Shown here piece by piece: positions 34,669 through 46,900 of a stretch of 64,000 nt of DNA. Source of the DNA: Myxococcota bacterium (GTDB lineage Bacteria > Myxococcota_A > SURF-8); the NCBI GenBank assembly GCA_965140415.1, contig OZ223209.1, positions 864,001-928,000 on the forward strand, read 5' to 3'. The notes beneath the pieces were generated by a model, which saw only the letters and a list, made by a program, of their open reading frames with translations, did not search any database and had not been told where the DNA came from. Each line of letters opens with the position of its first letter. Within the stretch, counting starts at the first letter, position 1. The translations under genes were made by a program, and so were the position numbers.

Positions 34669-36114
34669 CTATTTCTCAGAAGTTACCGGCGGGGTCCATT
34701 CCGGGTCCATGCCGATGGAGAAATTAAGCCAGCTGCCATCCTTTTCCTTTTCCGCCAGGACATCCTCGCAGGTGGCATCTTCTGTCATACGCAACATGCG
34801 GAAATAACTACGTTCCTCTTCAGGATAGGGCACCGTCTCAATTTCATACACAAGCTGCGGGTTACTGGCGCTCACCTGATACTGCTCGTTCGTATGATTG
34901 TTGATGGCCCAAATGCGATCTTCATCGACAACTTCGGCCTCGATCACCGACGACCAGATCTGAGCCGAGTAGACTTCACCGTTCAAGGCGCCAGTCATGC
35001 GCGTCGTCATGGCTACCAGTCCATCTTTGTCCTGATCGAAGAACAGGGCATCGATGCAGGCCTGATCGCCTTCGCAATTGTTATATTCTTTCATACCTGG
35101 AAGCACGCCTTCTTTGGTAGGATCGTCGATCCACGCGCCACGCACTTCCCAGAAGCGATCGCTTTCAAACGTTGCACCCGCTTCCAGTTTGGGCATCGAA
35201 TCCGTATGCTGTACGATCGTCGCCACGTTTTTGTAATACGGTTCGGGGATCACCATGTAGGCGACATCCGTATCGAACACCTTGTCATCCTTGAAATTCT
35301 TGATGACCAATGTGCACAGCTTGTGCTTCAACGTGACGCCTTCGTCCTCTTGTGAGACCCTGGTCAGCATGTAGTGAATCGAAACCGTGTCCTGATACGG
35401 CACCAGTGGCAAGCCTTTGGTACGCACCGCCGTAGTCATGACCGTACCCCACACGCCGGTATATGCCGCCGCGTTTTTGCTGTCGTCTACCGTACCCAGA
35501 TCCAGACCGGTGTCTACGCAGAGATTGTCTTCCCCGCAGGTATACTGCCAACCGTATCCGGCACACTCACGATCGCCACAGCCGCTCATCCAATGATGCG
35601 AGGAACAGACATCGTCGGTCATGTAGTTGCAACTCCAGTCGGTGGCGATGATCGCCGGGCAACCCATTATGGCATCTTCAGGCAGGCTTTCAGGTAGCTG
35701 GCACATGCAGTTGGCGCAGATCTTGCCACCTTCGCCGTCACCGTCTACACCGTCGTTGAACAACCAGCAGTCGTCATCAACACGGCACTGCGCCATGCAG
35801 TGACCTTCCTCGTTGCAATATCCGAAAGGTGTACAATCATCGTTTTCGGCGCAGGCGCGGTAATGCTTGTTGCTGATGCAGATTCCTTCGTCGTTGCAAT
35901 AACCAAAGGCATCACAATCGGCATTGCTGGTGCAGTCGCACTGGCCCTGATCGTTGCAGCTTCCACTGCCGTTATCCGAACAATCGGCATTTTCCGCGCA
36001 GGTTTGCGGCAGGTTGGCCAATTCCAGCAATTCTCCATCGGTTTTCGAACAACCAAAAAGACTGATTCCGGCCACCACGATTATGGCGACACAGAGAATA
36101 GACGTAACTTTCAT
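34669..36114 (-). CDS. Lipoprotein with Cys-rich N-terminal repeats and uncharacterised C-terminal domain
   Basis: Lipobox LFGC; repeated CxxNxDCxxFGYCNxxGxC units; AGGAGG RBS. Confidence 0.8.
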   Translation of the reverse strand: MKVTSILCVAIIVVAGISLFGCSKTDGELLELANLPQTCAENADCSDNGSGSCNDQGQCDCTSNADCDAFGYCNDEGICISNKHYRACAENDDCTPFGYCNEEGHCMAQCRVDDDCWLFNDGVDGDGEGGKICANCMCQLPESLPEDAIMGCPAIIATDWSCNYMTDDVCSSHHWMSGCGDRECAGYGWQYTCGEDNLCVDTGLDLGTVDDSKNAAAYTGVWGTVMTTAVRTKGLPLVPYQDTVSIHYMLTRVSQEDEGVTLKHKLCTLVIKNFKDDKVFDTDVAYMVIPEPYYKNVATIVQHTDSMPKLEAGATFESDRFWEVRGAWIDDPTKEGVLPGMKEYNNCEGDQACIDALFFDQDKDGLVAMTTRMTGALNGEVYSAQIWSSVIEAEVVDEDRIWAINNHTNEQYQVSASNPQLVYEIETVPYPEEERSYFRMLRMTEDATCEDVLAEKEKDGSWLNFSIGMDPEWTPPVTSEK

Positions 36115-36129
36115 GATATCCTCCTGCCC

Positions 36130-37671
36130 TTAAAACTTATAGCCGATGGAAAGCGACGCCACGAGCATCCAGCCCTTCTGCGTAAATCCAGGATATCCGG
36201 GATTGTTCGTTTGCAGACCCTGGGTGGAACCAAAGGGATCATCCGTCTGACCCAGCAGGTGCAGCGAATCGTCCGGTACTTCGTCTTTGAGGGCGTCCGG
36301 ATCTTTGTAGGTGGTCCGTTCGTTAAGCATCCAGAATTGGAATCCCAGCTCGGCATAAAAATTCTTGCCCATCACGGGGAAGTCGAAACGATGTCCCAGC
36401 GCGACACACCAGGTGTCGTTGTCGACGTAGTTCGTACGTCCGATCTGTGCGGGAACCGGTGTCGGATAAAAACCGAATCCGGTTTTGACGGTATAGTAAT
36501 CCAGGTATTTGTAGCTGAGACCCAGGTTGAACGAAATCGTGTCGGAGAATTTAAACGCATCGCCATCAATGGACGGGATATTGTCTTCGTAGGTGGCGCT
36601 GTCTTGCGGATGAATGTTTTGCAGATCGCGATAGCGCGACCAGCGATTCCAGGTCACGTTACCCTGGACGTTCAAACCCTTGTAGTTGAATCCCACACCA
36701 CCGGCAACTTCCATCGGCTCAAAATCGAGGGCATATTTGAAATCCACCGCGATCTGTTCCGGCATGGTTTTGGAGTCCGGAGTGGTGTCGTTTTTCCACA
36801 GTGTCATGTTGCCCTTGCCGTCGATGGCCATATACGACTCGTTACGCCATACCAGGCTCAACGCCATGAAGTCGGTCGGCTCGATCGACACAGAAGCAAT
36901 GGGACGTACGGTGCCGGTCATTTTGGTATCGACATTTACCAGCATGTAATCCTGCACGGTCGCTTCCGGGATGTAAATGTCCATCACCGCCACGGTAGCC
37001 GCTGATACTTGCAAAGCCATACCCAGCGAGATGTATTTCACCGGCATGTAAGACAGCGCCAGCATACCATTGATGATGGGTGACCATTCACCGAAGCGCG
37101 AGAAATGCAGTTGGTTGGTGAAGAACTGCTCGCGCTCATCGAAGTAATAGGTGTTGATGGAAATGGCGTTACGCAGCGGCAACATGGCCAATAATCCCAG
37201 GCGAAAGCCCTTAAGACCGAACGAATACGTAAATCCGGCGCTCAAGAAGGTTTCGACATCACTTACGCTGGTGTTGCTGCGTTGATTGGGTAGCTCCACC
37301 GTCGGCAACGGGCGGTCGGGATTGTTCGGGTATTTCTGCACGTCCGTATCGTAGTAGGTGTAGGGAACGTCTGCCGCGGCGGGACGATCCATCAGGGTGA
37401 TATCCAGTTCCGGTTTGTACAAGATCAATCCGGCACCGATTTGTTCTTCCATTCTCGAAAGCAGCGCCGGGTTTGTAAACATTACGCCCAGCCCATCGCC
37501 ATAGGTCATTTGGCTGTTGCCGCTTCCGATTGCGCCGGCATCGTATCCGATCATGCGCCAGGGAGATGCCAAGGCTACAGAGGGCAGCAGCAAGCAGACG
37601 AGAAACAATCCTGTCATCCACGGCACGAAAGGCCGTTTACACCAATACTTCATGCACGGATTCATCAGCAT
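36130..37671 (-). CDS. FadL/OmpP1/TodX-like outer-membrane beta-barrel transporter
   Basis: Signal peptide ..VALA; hatch-like GYDAGAIGSG...NPALL; WNRWS; GFGFYPTPVP..TNYVDND; C-terminal IGYKF. Confidence 0.72.
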   Translation of the reverse strand: MLMNPCMKYWCKRPFVPWMTGLFLVCLLLPSVALASPWRMIGYDAGAIGSGNSQMTYGDGLGVMFTNPALLSRMEEQIGAGLILYKPELDITLMDRPAAADVPYTYYDTDVQKYPNNPDRPLPTVELPNQRSNTSVSDVETFLSAGFTYSFGLKGFRLGLLAMLPLRNAISINTYYFDEREQFFTNQLHFSRFGEWSPIINGMLALSYMPVKYISLGMALQVSAATVAVMDIYIPEATVQDYMLVNVDTKMTGTVRPIASVSIEPTDFMALSLVWRNESYMAIDGKGNMTLWKNDTTPDSKTMPEQIAVDFKYALDFEPMEVAGGVGFNYKGLNVQGNVTWNRWSRYRDLQNIHPQDSATYEDNIPSIDGDAFKFSDTISFNLGLSYKYLDYYTVKTGFGFYPTPVPAQIGRTNYVDNDTWCVALGHRFDFPVMGKNFYAELGFQFWMLNERTTYKDPDALKDEVPDDSLHLLGQTDDPFGSTQGLQTNNPGYPGFTQKGWMLVASLSIGYKF

Positions 37672-37864
37672 ACCTGTCTGGAAATGGGCTGCATATACAG
37701 CCGGTTAACAATCGCTTTGAAAACGAGTTCACTTTTTGCGGTGCAGATTTTGATCACTAACACTAACGGGGGTCATCATAGAAAATGGAGCAATACTTGG
37801 CAAGGAATTTAATCGAATTCTGACATTCAAAGGACCAAGCTAAAAAGCTGTAGATCTAAAGAGT

Positions 37865-37906
37865 TCCCGACCTCTTCCTTCCAATAACTGAAGAAAGAGG
37901 TCGGGA
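37865..37906 (-). terminator. Hairpin (probable terminator) after the giant lipoprotein gene
   Basis: TCCCGACCTCTT / AAGAGGTCGGGA 12-bp stem, about 17 nt beyond the stop; weak U-tract. Confidence 0.55.
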
Positions 37907-37922
37907 TTCCCTTACAAAAGAC

Positions 37923-40900
37923 CTAATAGGTCCGTACGTTGCTCTTATAACCGGTGCAGCCGGTCTGCCCGCTCGTGGCCTGAGAGCCATCGCCGCCGGT
38001 GCGACCACCCGCGCCGCCAGCACCACCGCTTCCGCCGCTGCCACCGGAATAGCTTACATTGATGGTTGCGATAGACGAACTGCTTACCAGCGCCGTGCCG
38101 ATGGATGGACCGCCGCAGCCGCCAGCCGAGCCACCTGCGCCACCGCCGTCACCGCCCGAATTGCCGCCGCCGCCGGTACCGGCTTCGTCACCGCTGGGAT
38201 TGTATCCCGCGCCGCCGCCTTTGCCGACACCGCCGTTTCCACCGGCGCCACCCGACCCGCCGTTACCGCCGTCACCGAGTTCGATATCCGTGTTGGTCAC
38301 TCGAATCGTGGAACCGATCAGCACGATGCCGAAGGAGCCGCCGCCCTGACCGCCACCGGTGCCGGGTAAGCCGCCGCAGCCGCCCGCGCCGCCGCCGCCG
38401 CCGCCGCCGCCGATCTGCGTACCCGACCAGAAGACGCAATACCAGGGGTCGATGTCGGTTCCACCGCCACCGCCGCCACCGCCACCGGTACCGTTTTTAC
38501 CTCGGTAGCCTGAGCTACTAGTGGCACCATACCAGTAACCGCTGGAGAAATAGCCGTCTGAGTCGCTGGAGGTGCTGCCTCGCGATCCGGTTGCTCCGGC
38601 ATATCCGGCTCCGCCGCCACCGCCGTTACCGCCGGTATCGTCACAACCGCTGCATTTGTTTGAACCGGCGGAACCGCCGCCGCCACCGCTGGCGGTATCC
38701 GTTCCTGCCGAGCCTGTTCCTCCACCGCCGCTGCCGCAATCCCAGGAGCCGCCACCGGTGCCTCCATTGGCGCTACCGTAAGGGCTACAATTGACGGTGC
38801 CTCGCGATCCGCCGGAGCCGCCGGAGCCATTACCACCGTTGCTACCGGTGGCTCCGGTAGAACCGCTGGATCCATCGACGCCGCGACCACCGTTTCCGGC
38901 TTGAATCAAGCAGTTATCCACCAACAGGCGCTCCGACAAGGTGTTGTTAACCCACAAAGCGTAGGTGGCTGTACCGCTGCTGGAGTAATTCTTGCCGCGA
39001 ATGGTCAAGCCCTGCAACTTGGTGTCGCTGCTCAAGCCGTTGGCGATGACCGCTCGTGTTGTGCTTCCTACAATTACTGTTTGAATGGACAGATTGCGCG
39101 CCCAGGTGCTGGGATCGTAACCGCCGAACAAGTCTACTCCTGCAACCAGCGTAACGCTGGCGGTATAGGTGCCGCTGCTGATCAGCACATCGCATTTGGG
39201 TGAGCAGCTATTGGCCAGCGTGATGGCATGGGCGATGGTTGCGACCGGATCGCCGAATGCACCACTGTTGGAGTCGCTGCCGCCATTGGCCGGAGTCGCC
39301 ACAAAGATGGATGTCGCCTTGACGCCATCGACGCCGTCACAGTTGGAATCGATGCCGGAGGAATCCGGGGCATCGGTGGATTGCGGTGTCTGCTGTCCGA
39401 CACAGCTTCCATAGCTTCCACCGGAGCAGGTTTTCATGCCGCCGTGACAAATACCTACATCCTCGGTGCCCGACGGACCGGTGTAGCAGTCGGCGGTAAG
39501 GGGATTGCCTGCATCGTCTTCATCGGTGTAACCGTCGCAGTCGTCATCCGAACCGTTGCAGGTCTCGGTTGTGCTGCCGGTGGAGTCGGTACAGACCTGA
39601 TGACTGGACTGGCACAGGTTCACACCTTCCATGCACAAGTCGCTGTCCGGGCCGTCGCAGGCGGTGTTGTACCAGGATTCATCCGAACCGTCCGGGGTGG
39701 CACCGTTGCAGTCGTCGTTGACGCCGTTGCATAGTTCCAGGTTATTGCCGGTCGTGTCGGTACAGGTTTGATTGCCGCCGGAGCAGACGGAAATTCCCTC
39801 CGTGCACAAGTCGCTGTCGGGACCGTCGCAGCTGTTTCCAAGCCAGGATTCATCTGCACCGTCGGCGCTGCTGGGATCGCAGTCATCGTCGATGCCGTTA
39901 CAGATTTCCACGTTATTCCCACTGGTGTCCGAACAGAGTTTGCTGCCGGAGGAACAATAGAAATTGCCTTCCGCACAGAAATCGGAATCCGTACCGTCGC
40001 AGGCATCGCCCAGCCAGGATTCATCCGCGCCGTCTGCGGTGGCGGGGTTACAGTCGTCATCGTTGCCATTGCACAATTCGAGATCGTTGCCGCTGGTGTC
40101 GCTGCAACTCTGGTTACCGTTGGTGCACGAGTAGGTTCCTTCCTTGCACAGATCGCTGTCTGCGCCGTCGCAGGGATCGCCCAACCAGCTGGCATCCGTG
40201 CCGTCGGCGGTGGCGGGATTGCAGTCGTCGTCCACCCCGTTACAGATTTCCGCATTGTTGCCGCTGGTATCGCTGCAACTCTGAGATCCACCGCTACAGG
40301 TATACACGCCTTCGTGGCACAGATCCGTGTCGGAACCGTCGCAGGTATCACCCAGCCAACTGGCATCCGCACCGTCTGCGGTGGCGGGGTTGCAGTCGTC
40401 GTCTGCGCCATTGCACAGATCCAACGTGTTGCCGGTCGCGTCGTTACAGGTTTTGCTGCCACCATCGCAGATGAACGAGCCCTCCTGGCACAGGTCCGTG
40501 TCGGGACCGTCGCAGGGATCGCCCAGCCAGGTGGCGTCGGTACCGTCTGCGGTGGCAGGGTTACAGTCATCGTCTACGCCGTTGCACAGATCCAGCGAAT
40601 CGCCAGTGTTGTCGCCACAGGTTTTGCTTCCACCGCTACAGATGAAGCCGCCTTCCTGGCACAAGTCGCTGTCGGGACCGTCGCAGGGATCACCCAGCCA
40701 ACTGGCATCCGCGCCATCGGCGGTAGCCGGGTTGCAGTCGTCGTCCGAACCGTTGCACAGATCCAGCGTGTCGCCGGTCGTGTCGTTACAGGTCTGGCTG
40801 CCATTGTTACAGATGTAGCTTCCTTCCTTGCACAGATCGCTGTCCGCGCCGTCGCAAGCCGTGCCCAGCCAACTGGCATCCGCACCATCCGGGGTGGCGG

Positions 40901-43900
40901 GGTTACAGTCGTTGTCCAATCCGTCACACAGTTCAAGAGACGAGGTGCTGGTATCGGTACAGGTCTGACTGCCTCCGCTACAGACGTATACGCCCTCCTC
41001 GCAGAGATCATCGTCCGGGCCGTCGCATACGTCGTTCAACCAGCTTTCCTGGGAGCCGTCTGCGGTGGCCGGGTTGCAGTCGTCGTCGGTGCCGTTGCAA
41101 AGTTCCACGTTGTCGGCGGTTGTATCGTTACAGGTCTGGTTGCCATCCTGACAGATGTATTCGCCTTCCTTGCACAAATCCGTATCCACGCCGTCGCAGG
41201 TTGTTCCCAGCCAGGTTGCATCTGCGCCGTCAGCAGTGGCGGGGTTGCAGTCGTCGTCTACGCCGTTGCAGGATTCAACATTATTCGACGTGGCGTCGGT
41301 GCAGGTTTTGACCGAATCCGTACAGGTGTAGCTGCCTTCCTCGCACAGATCCGTGTCGGGACCGTCGCAGGAATCGCCGAACCAGCTTTCATCCCGGCCA
41401 TCCAGGGTGGCGGGGTTGCAGTCGTCATCGTTGCCGTTACAGAGTTCCAGATTGTCACCGCTAGTGTCCGAACAGGTTTTCGAGCCAAACGCGCATTCGA
41501 ACACGCCTTCCAGGCACAGATCGGCGTCGTTGCCGTCGCAGGCCGTACCAAGCCAGGTTTCATCGGCGCCGTCGGGAGTGGCGGGGTTGCAGTCGTCATC
41601 CACGCCATTGCATAGCTCCGCACCGAAACCGGGATCATCCACACACTGCTGACCGCCGCTGATGCACTGATAGCTGCCGTCCTCGCACAAATCCGCATCG
41701 TTTCCGTCGCAGGCCGTGCCGAACCAGGCTTCATCCGCGCCATCGGAGGTGGCGGGGTTGCAGTCGTCGTCCTGCCCATTGCACAGATCCAAAGTGTCCG
41801 CGCTGTTGTCGTTGCAGGTTTTGGCGGCACCCGAACAGATATACACACCCTCCTCACACAGATCCGAGTCGTTACCATCACAGAGATCGCCTAGCCAGGT
41901 TGCATCCGCACCGTCGGCGGTGGCGGGGTTACAGTCGTTGTCCAAGCCGTCGCAAAGTTCGGGATTTTCTCCGCTGGTATCCGAGCAGCTCTGCCCGCCA
42001 TCGACGCACTGGAAAAAGCCTTCTTCGCACAAATCGCTGTCGCTTCCATCGCAGGCCGTGCCCAGCCAGCTCTCGTGTGCACCGTCCGGCGTGATGGGAT
42101 TGCAGTCGTCGTCCTGGCCGTTACACAAATCGGGGGTGTCGCCGCTCTCGTCATTACAGGTTTTTGCGGCACCCGAGCAGACGTACACTCCTTCCTGGCA
42201 CAGATCCGCATCGTTACCGTCGCAGGCATCGCCAAGCCAGGTTGCGTCGGCGCCGTCGGCGGTAGCGGGGTTGCAGTCGTTGTCCAGCCCGTCGCACAAT
42301 TCCAGGTTCGCGCCGGTCGTGTCCGAGCAACTCTGCCCGCCATCGACGCAGCGCAGGAAACCTTCTTCGCACAAATCGCTGTCCTCGCCGTCGCAGGCGT
42401 CACCCAACCAGCTTTCGTCGGCTCCGTCCGGGGTGTAGGGATTGCAGTCGTCGTCCTGCCCGTTGCAGAGATCCGGTGTGTCGTCGCTGGCATCGTTGCA
42501 GGTTTTCACACTGTCCTGGCAGGTAAAGTTCCCCTCGTTGCACAAGTCGCTATCGGGTCCATCGCAGGGAGTGTCATACCAGGCTTCATGCTGGCCATCG
42601 ATGGTGGCGGGGTTGCAGTCGTTGTCCTCGCCGTCGCAGAGATCCAGCAGGTTGCCGGTGGTATCCGAGCAGCTTTGCGCTGCATCGACGCATTGGAAAA
42701 TTCCCTCTTCGCACAGATCGGTATCTTCGCCGTCGCAGGCATTGCCAAGCCACTCTTCATCGTTGCCGTCGGCTGTAAAGGGATTGCAGTCGTCGTCTTC
42801 GCCGTTACACAATTCCAGGTTGTTTGACGTCGTATCGTCGCAGGTTTTGTCTCCGTTTACACACTGGAAAACGCCTTCCTCGCACAAGTCGGCGTCTTCG
42901 CCGTCGCAGGGATCGCCCAGCCAAACGGCGTCCGCGCCATCCGCCGTATTCGGGTTGCAGTCGTTATCCTGGCCATCGCAGTATTCCAGGTTGTCGGTGG
43001 TATTGTCGCTACAGATCTGCGCACTTTCGGAGCACAGGAAAATTCCTTCCGCGCATAAGTCGGCGTCCTCGCCATCGCATTCGTTGCCGTACCAGTCTTC
43101 ATCTCGTCCGTCCAGCGTAAAGACGTTGCAGTCGTTATCCACGCCGTCGCAGAGTTCCAGATTGTCGCCGGTATTATCGGAGCAGCTCTGTTGCGCGTCG
43201 ATACAGGAGTAAATCCCTTCCTTGCAGTTATCCGAATCCTCGCCGTCGCAATCCGTGCCGTACCAGCTTTCATCCGATCCATCGGGTGTGTCGGGGTTGC
43301 AGTCGTTATCCTGACCATCGCAGATGTCGCGGGTGTTGTCGGTAGTGTCGGTACAGACCTGATTGCCTCCCTGACAGATGTACAGACCCTCTTCGCACAG
43401 ATCGGTGTCCGTTCCGTCGCAGGCGGTCTGCAACCAGCTTTCACCCGAGCCATCTGCGGTCAATGGGTTGCAGTCGTCGTCTTCGCCGTTGCAAAGGTCC
43501 AGGTTGTTTTCGCTGGTGTCGGTACAGACCTGGCTGCCATCCTGGCAGATATACTGTCCCTCTTCGCACAGATCGGTGTCCGTTCCGTCGCAGGCGGTGG
43601 AGAGCCAGCTTTCATGCGTGCCATCGGGAGTATCCGGGTTGCAGTCGTCATCTTCGCCATTGCATAGATCCGGCGTATCCGAGGAAATATCGGTACAGAT
43701 CTGCTCACCGAGTTCACAGGTGAACACGCCTTCCTCGCACAAATCCGCGTCGTTGCCGTCGCAGGGTTGGCCGATCCATTCCAGTGGATCGCCGACGCAG
43801 GCGCCATCTTCGCCGCAACGGTCGTTGTCCGTGCAGGGATCGCCATCGTCGCAGCCTTCGCCGACGTTTGCCGGCAGCGCGATGCAGGAATCGTGCTCTT

Positions 43901-46900
43901 CATCACAATCGGGAACCTGACATTGCGGCTCAACAATGGCTTCGGAGCAGTCGCGCGGCTGCGTGTCGGTGCAATCACCCGCCGAGCAGGCATCATCCAC
44001 GGTGCAGAATAGACCGTCATCACACAGTGCGCCGTCTTCGATATCGCTCCAGCTTGTTGGATCGAAGAAAGGCAGGCAGATCCGGCAGACATTATCCGGG
44101 TTCGAGTCGCGATATTCATAGCAATCATGATCGATCAGGCATTGGTTCTCTTCGATCTGATGACCGCACATCCCCTGTTCACACACATTAAACGTACACG
44201 TATTGCCATCATCCTGACACTCCAGACACCCAGAGCCGCAGTGCATGGGATCATCGTCGGGATAACATTGTTCGCCGCAGCGGTGGTAGCCTTGCAGACA
44301 TTCAAAGTCGCAGAATCCATAGGGGCAGATGGCCAGTGCATAGTCGGGCGGCGTGCAGTTGCTGGTTACGTTCGCACCGTCGTCGGTTTCTCCGTTGCAG
44401 TCGTTGTCCAGATCGTCGCAGATTTCCACGCCGTAGTTGCTGATATCGCAGGGATATTCGCAGTCGCTGGGATCGTCGTCCAGATCCCACCAACCTTCCG
44501 GGCAGGGAACGCCGCGCCCGGCCAGTTCGTAATCGCTGGTTGTGGAAAGATACGAGTTGCTGGTGATCTGCACGGTGGCATTGAAATCGAAGGGTTCTTC
44601 GCTGCTTTCGCCTTCGGGAACGACCGGCAAAAATGCGATATCAACCGCAAGCGTATTGGCTTCGCCGGGATACAACTCAAAGGGCAAACCTTGTTCTGGC
44701 GGCAGAATCACAAAGACATCCGAATAGAATCCGGGCAGTACTTCCAGCGAATCGACGACCAATACGCCTAAAATTCCGGAGTTGCGCAGGCGGATGCGCT
44801 GCACGTTCTGGGCGGCGAAGTGCGTATCGGGAAATTCCAAAGGCGATACGGGCGCCACGCTCAATCGCTGGTCCGTACCGATTCCGAACAACCCAATGGC
44901 TACCTGGGGAGAGAAGGGATCGTCTCCGGTGATCAGGAAACCGCCGATGTCCTCGCCCGGATAGGTAATCGGGCTGTAGCGCAGGGTCACTCCGACGTGA
45001 CCGCCGGCGGCGATCTGGATCGAACCGGTATCTTCGAAAGAGAATTCCTCTAACGTGGAATTGGTGGTGATCTGCAAGGACTGAATGGTCAACACGGCAT
45101 CGCCTTGATTGGCCAGATCCAGGACACGCTCTTCCGTGCTGTTCAAACCCACTTCCCCGAAATCGATTTGATCCACGAAATCGGGATTGTCGCGTTCGGT
45201 CACGACCAGCACCGGTGCGATACCCAAGCCGCCTACGGCGATATCCTGCGAAACCGTGACCAGATCGTCGGTCACGATATGAATCAATGCGCTGTAATTC
45301 TGACGCGCCAGCGGCGCGAAGGTGACGTGCAGTTCGTGTGTGCCTTCGCTTTCCAGGACCACATTTTCCAGCACATCGGTTTCATCGAATGAGAAGACGT
45401 CGCTGGTTTCCGCAAATCCGATCGTTACCAGCGTTACCGGCAAGGAACCAGTATTGGTCAATGTCAATGTGCGCGTAACCTGTTGACTGACGCGCGTTTC
45501 CGGGAACTGCAACGCTTCCGGATCGGCCAGCAACGAGGAAGGCACCGCTTCTCCACGCAGATTGACAATGAAGTTCTGCGAACCGAAGGTGTTGTTGTCG
45601 ATTCGGATCTGTCCGCTGTGTTCACCCACCGTCATCGTGTTGAATGTCACCGGCAGCGCCGCATGTTGTCCCGCTTCCAACGCGATCTCGCCATTGGCGA
45701 AAGCGGTCAGATCGAGGCTGAATGCCTCTGAAGAGGTATCCACCATTTCGGGTGGTTGCACGATCAACATACCACCGCCGGAGTTGGACAGGGTCAACTC
45801 GATCGTTACCGGCACACCCGCTCGCTGCTCACCGAAATTCAAAGTGTTCTGTGCCTGTAGTGTTTCCACTTTCAGAACGGGAGCAACACCGGTGCAACTC
45901 AATTCCACGACATAGGTGGATTCGTCGATATCGTTGCTTTCCACGATCAACCGGTCGCTAAATTCGCCCATTTGCGGCGGATGGCACAAAACCGTGATTT
46001 CCAGTTCCTGTCCTTGGCCGATGCGTAGCGGCAATGTGCTTGCGTTGACCGCAAAGACTTCGGAAGATTCGGATTCCAGATACAGACCATTGATGCGCAG
46101 CACGGCGTTGTCGTTTTCACCGCCTGGCAGGTTTTTAAGAATCAAGGTGCGCTCGGCAGCGGGATCTCCAACGACGACATTATGGAAATCCAACGGATTG
46201 GGGTTGGCGTCGATATCCGCCGTTCCCTTGTATTGGGACCGTAACTGCACCCGGAAGGGACCGTCGGGATCATCGGAGCTGATGACCAGTTCCGCCTCGT
46301 CGGGACCGGCGTCGAGTGGTTTGTAGCTGATATCCACCTGGATCGATTCGGCAATACCTGTGATCATCGCCGGGAAATCCGGGGGTTGGATCAGGCTGAA
46401 TTCAGTGCTGGTGGAAACGATTTCCATACTCGTAACGGTGAGTGTCCGTCCCTCGCAGAGATTGGAGATGTTGACTGTGCGCACAACCTCGGTGTTATAA
46501 GGGACATAGCCGAAATCCAGGATCTGCTCTGCCAGAATTTCCGGACCCAGTTCGCAGTCGCCCACCGGTTTGTCGCCATCGACGGTGCCGTCATCATCAC
46601 CGCCGCCATCGCCATCGGGAACGTCGCCATCCGTACCGCTACAGGTGCAATCGTCGCCGCAAGCCTCACCTACGGGGCAATCCGTATCGCGGCTGCACTC
46701 CTCGCCTTCCGAACAGGGATTCTGATCGCTGGGGATGCAGTTTCCTTGATGACAAACCGAATCGCTGGGGCAATCCAGATCCAGCAGACAACCCGTTCCG
46801 CCGGATTCCTGATCGGTATCCGTGTCGCCGTCGGTATCCGCCACGCCGGAATCGTCGGCACAAGCCGATAGCAACCCGATTGCAAGCATCACCGCCAAAA

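Noticed and set aside
34621-37005. Plus-strand ORFs 34621-35355 and 35800-37005
   Set aside because: Antisense to well-formed minus-strand genes that have an RBS and signal peptides.
39620-44771. Many long overlapping ORFs (e.g. 39768-41615 +) in the repeat array
   Set aside because: Alternative-frame by-products of the GC-rich 171-bp repeat.
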